Shown piece after piece: positions 25,931 to 39,543 of a DNA stretch of 64,000 bases. Each line of letters opens with the position of its first letter. Within the stretch, counting starts at the first letter, position 1. Source of the stretch: Neoconidiobolus thromboides FSU 785 (taxonomy: Eukaryota > Fungi > Entomophthoromycota); contig MU626260.1 of the NCBI GenBank assembly GCA_025603075.1, positions 1-64,000 of the forward strand. Reading direction: 5' to 3'. The translations under genes and the position numbers were made by a program. The notes under the pieces were generated by a model that was not told the origin of the DNA, did not search any database, and saw only the letters and a list, made by a program, of their open reading frames with translations.

Positions 25931-27933
25931 TTTATAATAATCTATGAGCTAGTAAGAGGGTGATTTAAAAAAATAAAAAAATAACTATAACTTTTTTATT
26001 TAATTTTATTATTCTCCTTCTTATTTTATTTTCTTTGTTGTTAACTTACCCTCGATTAATCCAATCAATCATCCACTTTCCCTTTTCAGTTAGACTTAAA
26101 TTTGGGGTTTTTTATTATTTTTTTAAGCTTGATTATTATTTAATTACGCCTTATTTCATTTTCTCCTGCTGTTTACTAGTATTTATTACTGTTTGCTGTT
26201 AAAATTCGGTTTTTTATTAGCTAAACCTGGTTTTTAAGGGGAATTTTTTCATGGTTGAACTTGATAGTGTATCATAATATTTAACAATTGCATTTGTTGC
26301 ACTTCTTTTGAAATTTTTCTAGCGATAATTTTTAGGAGTAAATTATTGACATAATCAATTTTCAAGCCTAATCCTTTAGTTATCCGATTTCAATGTTATT
26401 TTTGGTCTTAAATGAGCAGTTAATCAGGCCACAAAGAGGATTGCAACGATTGTAAGCTTTGAGTTCATCTTTTTTTACTAAGTTTTTAGATATTATTTAA
26501 AACATTTTAAACTGTAAATTTGTATTTATTTATAGTAAACTACTGTAAATTTTTTAAATGTTAGGTTGCTAATAAAAAGAACATTCTGCATATATTAATA
26601 TTATTTGTTTTTAAGTTCATTTATATATGTGGAAAAATTACTGCCATCCTTAAAAATATAAAGCGATGTATCTACATATTACACCTACAGTTAGAAATCG
26701 ATACTAAAATACAAGACGTAACATAAAGTTCATAAAACTCAGAAGAGCCCAAACTACAACTCAAAAGTAATGATAATATTGATCTCGAATCCATGAGGAA
26801 CTCAATCAACTAAATTGAAAGGGTGAGTAACCTCGTATAAAGTTTAAAAAATAGTATCAAGGTTACTAATTAACATAAAATTTTTAACATAGAATGAAGC
26901 TAAGGAGTAGGCTTTTTGATGCATGAAAACCATGTATAATAGTTTTTAAATATTCTTTGAATATTCTAAGTTTTTAGAACACTTACTACAATTTTATTAC
27001 TCTTCCAGACTTGGCCAGTTTTTAAAACAAAGCAAGACATTGCTATATCTCTATAAACTGATGTTTACGCTATAACATTTCCCTTTTTTTGATAGTTTTT
27101 ACTATTCATTTGTTTATTTCTATTATATTATAAAGTTTAATGTGTGGATTTTTTTACTGCCAGATTTGTAAATCAACCTTTTATTTAATTAAGCCAACAT
27201 TTCTAACTTGAGCTGGTGACAGTCTTTTAGTTCATTCAATTGAATTTGTCATTTGATTAAGGTGTATAGGCTAATAATGATTAAACTGGAAGCTATTAAA
27301 AGGACAAAAGCTTATCACCAATATAAAATAAATGATTAATGAACAACTATAAGTCTTTAGTATACCCTAAAGCTAACGACATTACATATTCTTTAAAGGT
27401 ATTGTAATAAGCAAGTCATTTTTAATTTATTCAAATTAATAAATTAGTAGTCTTGAATTTAAACTCTTAAGATTGTTTTATTAAGCGTTACTTCGTAACA
27501 TAAGTTTTTCCAAGTCCTAATCTAAAAATAAGCAATAAGAGTTGTTAGCTACTATTACATAATTGAGCGTTATAACTATAGATATTATATATGAAATATA
27601 TATTCCTTTAAATTTTTATTTTCATCCTAGCTCTATGGTTATACACTCCCAAACAATAAATTTACAAAGTAGTTTCATAAAATTAGCTATATGTTAAAAA
27701 TCAAAATTATTTATATTTATTATAGTTACCCGATTTTTTCTTTTCTAAACTTATTAATTTTTATTACTGATGTTTATTATTAAAATAGCCACTTAAGAAA
27801 TTAAGATTAATTTTGATCCTAGAACAATTAAAATAATGTTAAAATATAGCCAATTAAAAAGAAGGAGGAGAGAAATAAAGGGGAAGGGTAATTTGGATTT
27901 TAGTTAGTTTTTTTTATAAGTGTATGAGTAAAT

Positions 27934-29056
27934 ATGATGAATAATAATAATAACAATGAACTAAACAACGATAACAACAACACAAGTGATAATGTCTACT
28001 CTAAAGAGCAACAGGATTCTGAAAAGCATATAAAAAAATTAGGTTCGATTTGAATAAATCTCATTGTATTTTAGTATTAACGATTACAAAAGAAAGCTTA
28101 TTAAAAAAAGCTAAAGAGAAAGTCCCAATCGAAATAAAGGAGCGTAAAACAGACGATTTTTTATCTGACATTAATGGTAAGATAATGTTATTTTAGAATT
28201 CGATTTATTCATTTCTTTTTTAGTTGATGATTACTTGCCTGAAGACTTAAAGCAGGTTGAATGGGAATCAGAATTATCCCATCGTTCTCTTTTGGGCGGA
28301 GAGTCAGACCTTAAAGAAAAATTGGATAAATACACCAATCAATGCAACAGCAGCTCAAGTTCTTCCTCTGAAGAAAGCCAAGAAGAAGAGGATGAATCGA
28401 AAATAAGAAAAGATAATTATTCAGATTCCAATTCAAATGAGTCTGACTCCGAGTTTAATAATGACAATAATTCAGGAAATAGAGGATACTATGCTACATT
28501 GGAAGAAAATTTTGATGAAGAAGACAGTCAAAGTAATCAAAATAATACCTCTTATGAAAATAATACTTATATGGAAAAATATAGAAGATATATGTTAGGA
28601 CATTTAAATGAAGATCACAACTCTTCTATTGATGACTTCAATAGTATAAAAACTGAAAGCTCCATTGATTCTAATCTTGATGAGTCTGGCATCATCTTGA
28701 CTCGTCCTTATAATACCCAAAGCTTACCACCTGCTTCTGACACTGATTCATTAAGCAAAATAAATATTATTGAATGTATTGACTATGAAATTGATGATAA
28801 GCTTAATGATAATACCCAATTTGATAATAGCGAAAATTCAAATCAAAGTTGTAGTTATAGCATGAATACTATACTTAAAGGGTCTGACTCATCAAGTGTT
28901 TCATCCCAGTTTACAGAAGAGTGGGATAATGAAGAAGCATATCTTTTAAATAGCTATTCTGAAAATGATGATGTTAGTAAGAAGCCAACTAAAGGCAATA
29001 GAAATAGTTGGTATGGTTTTTTGTTTGTTTGTTGTTTCCCTAATATAATTAATTAG
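27934..29056 (+). CDS. Hypothetical acidic, disordered protein; first junction ambiguous (32-nt intron vs -1 shift at A7)
   Basis: Frame runs from ATG 27934, changes frame near 28032-28074, then passes a GT-AG intron near 28177-28222 into ORF 28235-29056. S/D/E/N-rich, ending in WYGFLFVCCFPNIIN. Confidence 0.55.
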
Positions 29057-30599
29057 TTTTAATCTTTAATTTATTTTTAAAATGTATTCATCTTTAATGA
29101 TTTAATATTTATTTTTCCATTTCAGAGTAAAAGTGTTATTTATAGTTTTTGAAATAATTGTTTAATTCAATGGTTTCATTAAATTACAGCTTAAGTAGAT
29201 TCTTAAGTCATGCAATGAACGTTACTATATAAAAAAATAAGAATATCAAAGATTGACAGATAAGTGAATTTTTAGCCTTAAAATATTGTGATAGGTGTAA
29301 ATAGGAAATTGATAATAAAAAATCGGAAAATTTTATAAAACTTCAATCTTAAACTCAGCTTTCAATAATCGGATCATTTAAGAATTCTGTTTCTAGTCTG
29401 TTCTTTAAAATCTAAGCTTAAAGAATTTTGTGTTTCTTATTTCTCAAATTACTTTGCATAAATTTATGTTAAAATACAAATATTAGGATAAATAAATATG
29501 CGATTATTCATACTAGATAGACAAGTTAAAAAAATAATGTTAAAACCCTCCTTTCTATTTAAGGTTAAGTCAGTTATAGCATTTTTTAACGAATAACTGA
29601 ATTTGTTTGAAACTCTTGATTCTATTAAAAATTAAAACGCATTTTTTGTTAAGAGGCACTTTGTTTTAACAGAAAACTTAATTTCAATGACTGAGCCAAT
29701 AATAGGGGTGTTAGTAGTAGAAATGCTAAAACAGATACAGGCCACTTCGATAAAATTATAACTCCAATGCCTAAATAGCATTATAAATTGCGATTTCTCC
29801 ATTTACTTAACACTGTTACAAAATTTTAAAGCAAAATTAAAATTCATGCTATCAGGTGGCTTTTAACCCCCTGAATTAGTGACAAAATATATTTTAGTTT
29901 CACTTTTTTTTTGAAAAAGAGTTCAAAGCTTATTAAAACCTTTTAAATCAGTAATAAAGTTATAGCTCGCTCAAAGACTAAGCTGCGAAACCATCAAAAT
30001 GTTCATTCTTTATTAATAACTGATTCTTTATCATGTTGCAATAAATACACTTATAAAAGTGGTTTTTGAAGTTAGAAACTCGGGATTTTGATATTAGAAA
30101 AGTATATCACCTCCACAAATCAAAGTTGCCATTTAAACCAGATTGAATGGTAAACCAATTAGAATACAGAAGGATGAAAAAAAGGCAACTCATTTGATTA
30201 TGAAACCACCAATAAAACTAGAAAGAATATCCAGAAAGATCAAATCATGCGCTCGCAATTGATTAACCAGTAGAAATAAAAAAATAAGTATCAATGCTAA
30301 CAGTTTAATTAAACCAACGATTACTTATTTCCTGTTACATTACTAATTTAAATTAATTTAAATATTAGAGCTTTGATACTTTTTGTAACCCTTTAGTGTA
30401 TATTCATCTATCTTTATTTTTATTTTATCTTTATTAATATTTATTAATAAATCTTATCAATCTTTTATTTTATCTTTAACTAATTTTTAGGTAAGAATTT
30501 ATTTTGAGCATTTAAAAATATATTCTCATTCCCTTTTGATTTCTTCAATTATAAACTATAAATTAATTTGTTTTATTTTTATAGATTAATTTTCAATTA

Positions 30600-31907
30600 A
30601 TGGGCAACTCAACTTCAAAGAAAACAGTAAAACTTACTAAGAATGGGGAACCTATGGACGAAACTGCTGTAATTGCTCGCTCACCCTCTTCCTTTTCCCC
30701 TTTTGAAATACACGACGATGATACTGATGAGCTTTTTAATGCCCATGCTTCGCCTATTGCTATAGAGCCTACAGTAGAATCTATATTAGTTAAATCTCCT
30801 GGAACAGCAGATTTAGAAGAAAGGCGTGGAAGCGTTAACTCATTAAGTGGTGCTTCTGCAGTGTTTTCTACTTCCAACGATTCAATAAATAATGAAACAG
30901 TTCACAAAGACTTGGACATAGATGATTGTATAGCACGACTTTTAGAGGTTGGACAATCAGGCAAAGTACCAAGGGTAATAGTTTTAAAAAATGCGGAAAT
31001 ATTAGCTATTTGTCAGTTATCAAGAGAAATATTCTTATCACAATCATCGCTTATAGAATTATCAGCACCGGTTAAAATAGTAGGTGATGTTCATGGACAA
31101 TATACGGACCTTTTAAGACTATTCGATATGTGTGGATATCCACCATCCTCCAATTTTTTATTTTTAGGAGATTATGTAGATCGTGGAAGACAAAGTCTTG
31201 AAACTATATTGCTGTTATTATGCTATAAAATTAAATATCCAGAAAATTTTTTCTTATTACGAGGAAACCATGAATGTGCTAATGTAACAAGAGGTATTAT
31301 ATTTTTCATTTGAAAATTTCAATAATTAATTTTTAAAGTATATGGATTTTATGATGAATGTAAAAGACGTTCAACAGTCAAAATATGGAAATCATTTGTC
31401 TCTGTATTTAATTGCTTACCAGTAGCTGGTTTAGTTGCTAATAAAATATTTTGTGTCCATGGTGGCCTTTCTCCAAGTCTCAATAGTATGGATGATATTC
31501 GTAAAATAGAAAGACCAAGTGATGTACCAGATTATGGACTGTTGAACGATTTATTATGGAGTGATCCTAGTGAATCAACATTGGAATGGGAAGATAATGA
31601 AAGGGGAGTTAGCTATTGTTTTGGAAAGAGTATAGTAAATGAGTTTCTTAATAAACACGAATTTGATCTTGTATGTAGAGCGCATATGGTAGTAGAAGAT
31701 GGGTATGAATTCTTTAATGGTAGAACTTTAGTGACTGTATTTTCGGCACCTAATTATTGTGGGGAGTTTGACAATTATGGGGCAGTCATGTCAGTGAATG
31801 AAGATTTACTTTGTAGTTTTGAGTTATTAAAACCAGCAGAGACGCCGTTACCCAATGGAACTCGTCGCCGTAGAAATTCACTTCCTCTTATCAACGATGT
31901 TCAATGA
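30600..31907 (+). CDS. PPZ1: PP1-related Ser/Thr phosphatase, Ppz type
   Basis: [20 protein letters not shown] and SAPNYC motifs. N-terminal extension beginning MGNSTS (myristoylation consensus). Intron 31294-31338. Confidence 0.85.
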
Positions 31908-32804
31908 TCAAATTATGTAGCTAAAAGCTTTATAAGAATTGTATTTACCTCTAATTATGCGTTTAAATAAACTATAATTTATTTTAAGTAGGGTAGTTGG
32001 ATGAAGATTGGTAACTAAAATTAAATGTAATTTAATGGATTTTAGTTGCATTTGTGGTTTTAACTATCAAAAAAATAAATGAATCATTTTATTTAAAGAT
32101 TTAAGAGAATTTATGATTTAATTAATTAATTTAATATACATATTGCTTCTTTCGTATTTGCATACCATTTTAAAAATCTTATGTGTCTAAATGATTATTT
32201 AATCTCAACTATTTTTTATATTCTAACGTTTTATTTATGAAAGTAAAAAAAACAAAGGTAGACGAAAAGTAGATAAGGTGGGATAAATAATGGAAAGAGG
32301 TGAATGAGGTTAGACTGAAACTATGTGCTTGAAAGTTAAGGATCTTTCTTCGGAGCATGAAAAGGTGATTATGGTAACCAGAGGTCCTTTTACATCTAAA
32401 CTCCCTCAAAGACGAAACAAGGAGGATATGGTCGCTACTGATGCAGAAGTGTTTTAGAATGATAATTTCATGTAGAATGAATCAATTGACTAAAGACTAG
32501 TCTCGATTGAAAAGGATTCGAGAAAAAGGAAGAAATCTTGGAAAGCTTATGTTTTTTGTCAGTATTAAGCCCCAGTTACTATAAAATTAAAGCTAGATAG
32601 TTTAAGGAGAAAAGAATGAGGTTCCAGAAGGTCATGTTTGACTTTTTTGCTTAAGGTTCTAAAAATACTCAAATAAAACAATTATAAATTGAATTTATTT
32701 TATTCTATTGATAAAGCACGAGGCTATTATCACATATAATTGCTTTTAAAAAATATTGTTTCAGCAACAATAAAAATAACTCAGAAATAAGACGTTTACT
32801 ATAT

Positions 32805-32903
32805 AGGGATATATTTTTGTGTTTAAGAATTTTACTAATAATTTCTCCACTGAAATAGTGCTTAAAAGATAGAAAAAGTGATCAAGCCAAAAAAAATATC
32901 CCC
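32805..32903 (-). mobile_element. MITE family 1, copy H
   Basis: AGGGATAT...ATATCCCC termini with the consensus core in reverse. Confidence 0.85.
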
Positions 32904-33170
32904 GTACTTTTTATATATGATTTTTTAAATATTTAAAATTACTTTGTAAAAGTAGACAAATTTTAAAAAAAATTAATAAAATTTTTGTTATTGAGTCGTA
33001 AAATATCTTTTTTAAAAAATCATAACTACAACAAAGGATCATAACCAAATATAAACCCATGTTAATAATTTTAATCTGATCTTGTAATTATTGTATTTTA
33101 AAGCTATTATAATTTTTTTATTAAGGTTATACTAAAAAACACGCAAAAGCTCAATAGATTGTATAGTAAT

Positions 33171-34053
33171 TTATTTAATAAAATATTGGACAGTTTCCAC
33201 TAAATAAACGACACTAAAAATTAAAAAGAGGAGACCAGATAGAAAAGTAACTAATAATATAAATAAACAAACATGACTTAAAACTAAATAAGCAGCTTAC
33301 TTTTTTTAACTGATATTTTAGTAGCTAAATAATTCCCACCAATAATGGCTAACAAAGTGGTAATAAAATGACCTAAAACAACACCAAAGGTTACCCAGTA
33401 AAAATTCTATAATTTGTAAGTTTAATATAATAGTTGAAATTAACGAAGCTTAAACTTACCCCAACAGCGGCCAAGGTTATAGTTGTAAATTGAGAGCGAT
33501 CGCCCCATTCAGCAATAAATATTAATAAAAATGTATTTAAAAAGATAGACAATGAGTTGCAGAATTGACTATCATTGTTGTTATTACAAGCTAACTCATT
33601 ATTTTGTTTCACTTCCATTTTAATTTTGCTAATTTCAAGCTGATGTTCGTTGTCTTGAAATTTATAATATTCATAGAACAACTGAATTGAAAAGATAAAA
33701 AACAAAATAGTAGCAATTAAATGTATGTAGTTGATATCGATAATAAATTGGAAAATATTACTTAAAAAACTAGATAATAAGCTCATTAAAAATAATGCTA
33801 GAAAGCTAGCAGAAAATATAAGTATAGGGTTATGCTGGATACTTAACAAAATGATTATAATAAATGTCTTGTCTCCTATTTCTGATACTGTAATTATACT
33901 TATACTTTGAAACAGTAGTTTCAAATTTTCCATTAAGTCAGTATCTTTAGTTGTTGCATCAGTATTGATTAAATTAATTTCATCTATTATTTGTTGGATC
34001 TTTAATTGAAGTATATCAATATAATTCAATTCATTAAGATTATTCGGGTTCAT
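33171..34053 (-). CDS. GDT1: GDT1/TMEM165 (UPF0016) Ca2+/Mn2+ transporter, 3 exons
   Basis: Two signature motifs, EIGDKT and EWGDRSQ, plus hydrophobic helices. Spliced continuation GVVLGHFITT...KISVKK-ITFLSGLLF to stop 33171. Confidence 0.9.
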
Positions 34054-35627
34054 TTCATACTAATTAATGGTGTTAATGACTTAATATGTGTTATAGTGAG
34101 ATTTTTAGTAGCTACCTCCAGTTCGTTTTTTAAAACATTCAAAGTAGAATTATAGTACTATAAATTGTTAATAAATGATAATAGATAGTTGGTAAACACC
34201 TTACCAAAAAGCAACAACAAAAAAAAATAATGAAACATAAAATATAGAATAGTTTATTTATCAACTTCATCCTATCTATTAATTCTATCTTCTATTTTCA
34301 ATAAACAAAAAACTCTCTCATTTATAACTATTCCTTTTTATAGTTTGTCTATTTTTTATTGTTCTTTTGATTATAATGGCTATAGATCATTGCCACATGC
34401 TTTTTAAATACTGTTAGTGCCTCACGATAAAATAATTTAACTTTTTTATCATCATTGCTAACTGATAAATCATGTTTAAAAACTTCATTTTTATTGAGTT
34501 TTCAACCAATAATATTCTCGCCACAAAAAAATATCAAGTAAAAATGAAATCAAAAACGAGAGCGTTTGTATAGTATTAGCCAAAATGGAACATAGACTTG
34601 AATACTATCATGTAATCTTTATAAAAATGAAAACGAGCAACATGAAAGAAAGGATAGCGAAAGATACATGTGGCTCTATTTGAGATGAGGAAGGGATTTT
34701 TATAGGGTTTAATAATTACAATTTATCTTCCAATGATATTTAAAAAGTTTAGACTTGAGCTTGGATTAATTTTCATTGCTGATAAATAAGACTTGTAAAA
34801 ACGGTATTATAAGGTTTATCATAAGAGAACACACTTGTGATGAAAATAAGGATGAGGATTTTAGCTAACGGTTAAATTTTAAGTGTAAGGTAGAGCATCT
34901 ATGGGTAATTATAGGCGAAGAAGCAGACGAGCATCTTCACTTTATTGTACATGGATTCTATTTAATAGCATGGATAATCTGTTATTTTTAAAACTAGTTC
35001 TCCCCTTTAAATTCCTTTTATCTCTATTAAATAAGAATATTTAATTTTACCTCAATGAAATGACTTTTGGGAATATGACTTTTTTATATATAAAATAAGA
35101 GTATTGAAAGATATGATATTAGCTTATTAAACTAAATGCTTTAGCCTAAAAGACTACCTTAAAAATAGATTATAAGGAATATAAAAATATAAATAATCAA
35201 AGTAGAATCTAAGGCTCATTAACTGAAATAGCTAAAGTAATAAGTTATTTCATCACTGATTTTAACTATTCAACTAGTTATTCACGCAGTCTCCGCACAT
35301 TTTTTACTAAATTTTACAATTAATAGCTTGATTCAAATATAAATATAAATATTTATTATAAACAAATCATCATAAAATGAGTATAAAGTAGTTCCTTTGT
35401 ACAAATATCACTTATTTTTGTTTTTAGACTTTAATAAAAGCTTTTAATACTTTCGAATACTATTTCTATTAACACGTTCTGATTTTGCTTAATGATGCTT
35501 GGTTATTTTAGGAAGATCAAAGATATTAATATTCTGTTAAATTAATTTTGCTCTTGAAATGAGCTTTAATTGGTTGATTAATATATTAGTAATAACTTTT
35601 TCTAAAGTTATTTTCATTTTTTATAAA

Positions 35628-36322
35628 ATGGATGAAGATATATGGGAAGACGATGTAAATGAAGTTGAATATGAAAAGAGGATTCATTCGAATGAAGCAA
35701 AAAATTTGCAATTAAAATTTAACAATGTAATTAAGATAACTAGACAATAACTTTAATTTATTTAGTAAAAGTGATTTTTAGTTGGGAATTCGAGAGGGTA
35801 TTATTAATAATAAGACCAAGTATAACCAAGAAGGATTTGACCTTGGATTCAAAGAAGGCATTCAAATTGGCTCTCGAATTGGTAACGTATATGGTATAAG
35901 TTGGTAAATGGAACTCAATTGTATCTATAAATTTTTATTTATTTTTATTTAGGTTGCTAAAAGAAATGGTTGCTAAAAAGAAAATCGACGCTCAGGGAAT
36001 TGACACCGACGATAATACAATTATATGTGATGATAGTACTACTGCTATGGATAATAAGGATCAAAAAAATTTAAAACTGCTAAAAAAAATAGCATTCAAA
36101 AGTAAATTATTAAACATTGATCAATTATTAGATAAAGAATTTTTAAAAAATCAATCGTCTATTCATAACAATAGCATTGGTGATGGTGATAAGATGGACA
36201 ACTATGATGGCAACGATTTATTATCATTTATAGATAAAAGCAATGATAATAATACAAAATTTGGGCAAATATATAATGACTTGATTATAGATTTAGAAAC
36301 CTCACTATCTAATCTAAAATAA
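35628..36322 (+). CDS. YAE1: Yae1-like protein, 3 exons
   Basis: Spliced sequence MDEDIWEDD...GIREGI....KYNQEGFDLGFKEGIQIGSRIG, matching the Yae1_N deca-GX3 pattern. The last exon matches ORF 35954-36322. Confidence 0.7.
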
Positions 36323-36388
36323 ATAAACATGATTTTTTATATATTTTATTACTATTAATAAGATGAGATTTAAATATCGTATACTACT

Positions 36389-37991
36389 TTATTGCATAGC
36401 GCAAGATTTATCTTTATAAGAATCCCTTTCAATAAATTCTAAGGCTTGCATATTTCTAGCTAGTTTAGCATCCATAGACATAGCCGTATTTGAACGCAAT
36501 CGATTGAAATTTGTATTGTTATTACTATTAGATGAATGGTTGATAACTTTTAGTTTATAAAACAAAATATATGAATTTCTGGCCATGATTTCAAAAGCTT
36601 GAGTAGCCTGTTTGACTGACGAATACCTTTGTACTTTTTCATTTTTCAAATCATCCATCTGTACCCAATCATTTGTATTGGAATCTTTAACAAATACAAT
36701 ATAATGTCCAGATTGTAAAGTTGTCCCAATATGGCATATTACGGATTTGAGTTCTAATCGGTATTCATTTTTACTTTTATCTTCAATTGCTGAATCCATT
36801 TTTTTGATAAAGTTATTGAAATTAATATCACAACTTAATGTAACACCTCGGTTATCTCTTTTTATATCATCAAGATGATGGCTCTTATTAAACTCCTTTT
36901 TGTATCTTTTAATCATCAACGGTAAAATTAAATCTGGTTCATTTAATTCACTTTCTTTTAAAATGTTAATGTTACTCAACTCATTTTTTGATGTATAAAA
37001 TGGCAGCAATTTTAATACAGACCAGGCATCAGTTATAGCTGCTTTTTCTTCATTAGGGTTAATCTCAATGCTCCTTCTTAATCCACTAATTTTATTTGAA
37101 TAAAAATAATCCAGTAGCAAATCTTCAATAGTAATAAACCTTTTTGTACTATTATTAGGATTTAACTCTGGTAATGAAAGGGGCAAAATACGATCTTCAA
37201 TTAATTTAGTGTCTAACTTCGGGTCCAATTTAGCACCATGAATCAGTTGTAAATTGAAAGGTAAATATGGTAACTGGAACAGGTTACATAAAAATAAAAA
37301 GAATTCACCGGCATCTTCTTGGCTATACTTGTTGGTACCCCATCCACACTCAATTAATTTTTTGCGTATACTTTCTACAATTTCGGCTCTTACTAGTAAA
37401 TTGCTTCTCAGCAAATTGACAAAAAATCGACATAAGGTTTGTAAAGATTCACTTAATTTATCCTGCAGTTTTTTGCTTTGTAATAAGCAATCGAATGTCG
37501 TTTCATGCGAATACATAGCGAATAATATAGTATCTAATTTAATCAATATACATATTTATATAAAAATAAAGTCAAAATTTACCAATATAACAACTAGTAC
37601 CAGCAGCGTTTTCAACACCTAATAATTGATTGGTCTCATTAACAGAAACTAAAATACCCACTTCAGCTAAAGCTAAACAAGTAAGATATTGAGTAGTTTC
37701 ATATACATCATAATTACATAATTTAAAATAATGCTCAATGTCACATTGAGACCGTAGAATGCCTTGCTGTTTTAAGATATTAACAACTAAGAAAAAATTA
37801 GTAAATGAGAGTAATTACAAAAATCAGAAAGGCTTACTTTGTGCTAATTGATTTTTATATTCCATTGGATTTAACATCACCTTTTTTTTATGCTTAACGT
37901 CTTCCATTGAAGATTTTGTCTCCTTTGAAAATATTTTTTTAAACTTTTTTAAACTAAATGGTAGCTTGATTTTCTCCTGGTATTCGTCCAT
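36389..37991 (-). CDS. USP-family deubiquitinase (CYLD-like Cys box), 3 exons, C-terminal CaaX
   Basis: The spliced Cys box GVENAAGTSCYI-DTILFAM spans an intron. Also QEDAGEF, His box VICHIG..LQSGHY, and QMDD. Ends KDKSCAMQ*. ATG at 37991. Confidence 0.85.
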
Positions 37992-39392
37992 CTCTCTTAT
38001 AACTTATATTAATACACAAACAATCTCTGTCTTTGACTATAATAATACACAAAACGAAACTATCAATTAATAATTACAACAAAAATAAAAAATAAACAAT
38101 AAACAATAAACTCGAATTTTTTATAGTAACGCTTTTATTTTATTATCCAAACTTTGACTAATTTAACCTATTGATGATTTTTACTCCTCATTTAAGAACA
38201 CAATTTCTTGGAAATTCTTGATTGAATTTGAATTTACCAATGAATTAGCTATAAATTTCTACCTAATTATCTTCAATCTCTTATTTGCTCTCCACCCCAA
38301 CATCTCCATCTCCATTTGATGCTCCCTTATTCTTATATTATAATCCTATTTGATTTAACTTTATTTCTTAATTAAACTAATTTTAACTTTTAACTCAGGT
38401 CAAATGAAATAAAAGGGTGTGCAACAACTTTTACAATTTCTTGCTGTTATTTTTACAATTGTTCTAACTATCCTATCCTTTTTAAAAGAAGGATATTACA
38501 ATGTATAATTAAACTAGCTTGTTTGTAGATATTAGAGACTAGAATTACGATTTTTCACTCTTTTAATTTAATACTATTTTTTTTGATATTATAAAATAAC
38601 AACGAAATGAAACTACTTAATTTAAATTAATAAACAAAACTAGTATGAATTTGTTTACACAAAAAAGTGGCCAATTGCTGTTTACTATTTTTGTTTATAT
38701 TATTTTTCAATAAATAGCTATTAACTTTATGTATAATTCAAAAAATTGGCATTAATGAAAAATGAATTAGAAATAACTCAATGATATTAAACCAGATGGC
38801 TTTTTATATCCTGAAAAAACGCATTTATAAATAAATACAAATTAACTGTTTTTACAGTATTGATTTATTATACTTTTTTTATAAAGATAAGCACTATAAG
38901 AAATGTCTATTTTTATTTGTTTTAGAATCAGCATGTAACTTTTGTAATTTTAAACTTTATCTAAGCTTCAAAAAGCCTTTAGTCCGTCTTAGCTATCTGA
39001 ATCACTGATAAATAATACTGTAAATTAATCTTTAAGTCAAAATTTGATCTAGAGTTCCCACATTTTGTCTAAATGTAAAGCTTATCTGTCAAAAAAGTTT
39101 TTTTTGCCCATTTTAAACTGAGTCATTCGAAAGCTGTGATAGAACTCCTAGATGGTGGCTTATTTGGTCCATCCATATTAACTAATGTGAATAACTTGCC
39201 TTTGTTTTAATCTAACTACCTATTCTCTTCTAGAAATATCCTTGATAACTGTTAATTATTAGAAAAACATTGCTCCAGGTACGGGCTTTTCAAGAAAGGA
39301 TACTTGCTTTTAACTAAGTTTTTGGACTTACATAAATCAATTATATATTTTATAATTTAAATTCAAATGAAACATTAAAAATAGAAACATAT

Positions 39393-39489
39393 GGTGGTGT
39401 TTTTTAGGCTTTATCACTTTGCCCACTTTTTAAGCGCTATTTGAGTGAGAAGATTGTTAATAAATCTTTATATATAAAAATACATCCCT
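39393..39489 (+). mobile_element. MITE family 1, copy I
   Basis: GGTGGTGT...ACATCCCT termini with ATAT/ATAT flanks; 54 bp past the stop of the VWA gene. Confidence 0.85.
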
Positions 39490-39543
39490 ATATGGTGTTA
39501 CAAAATTACGTTAATTAAAAAGCAAGCTTTTATTAAAATAAAA

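Noticed and set aside
38970-39320. Minus-strand frame that reads protein-like if TAA/TAG are read as Gln (alternative code or RIP-like fossil)
   Set aside because: About 11 stops in 110 codons is what random DNA of this AT content gives, and the real genes here use TAA and TAG as stops.
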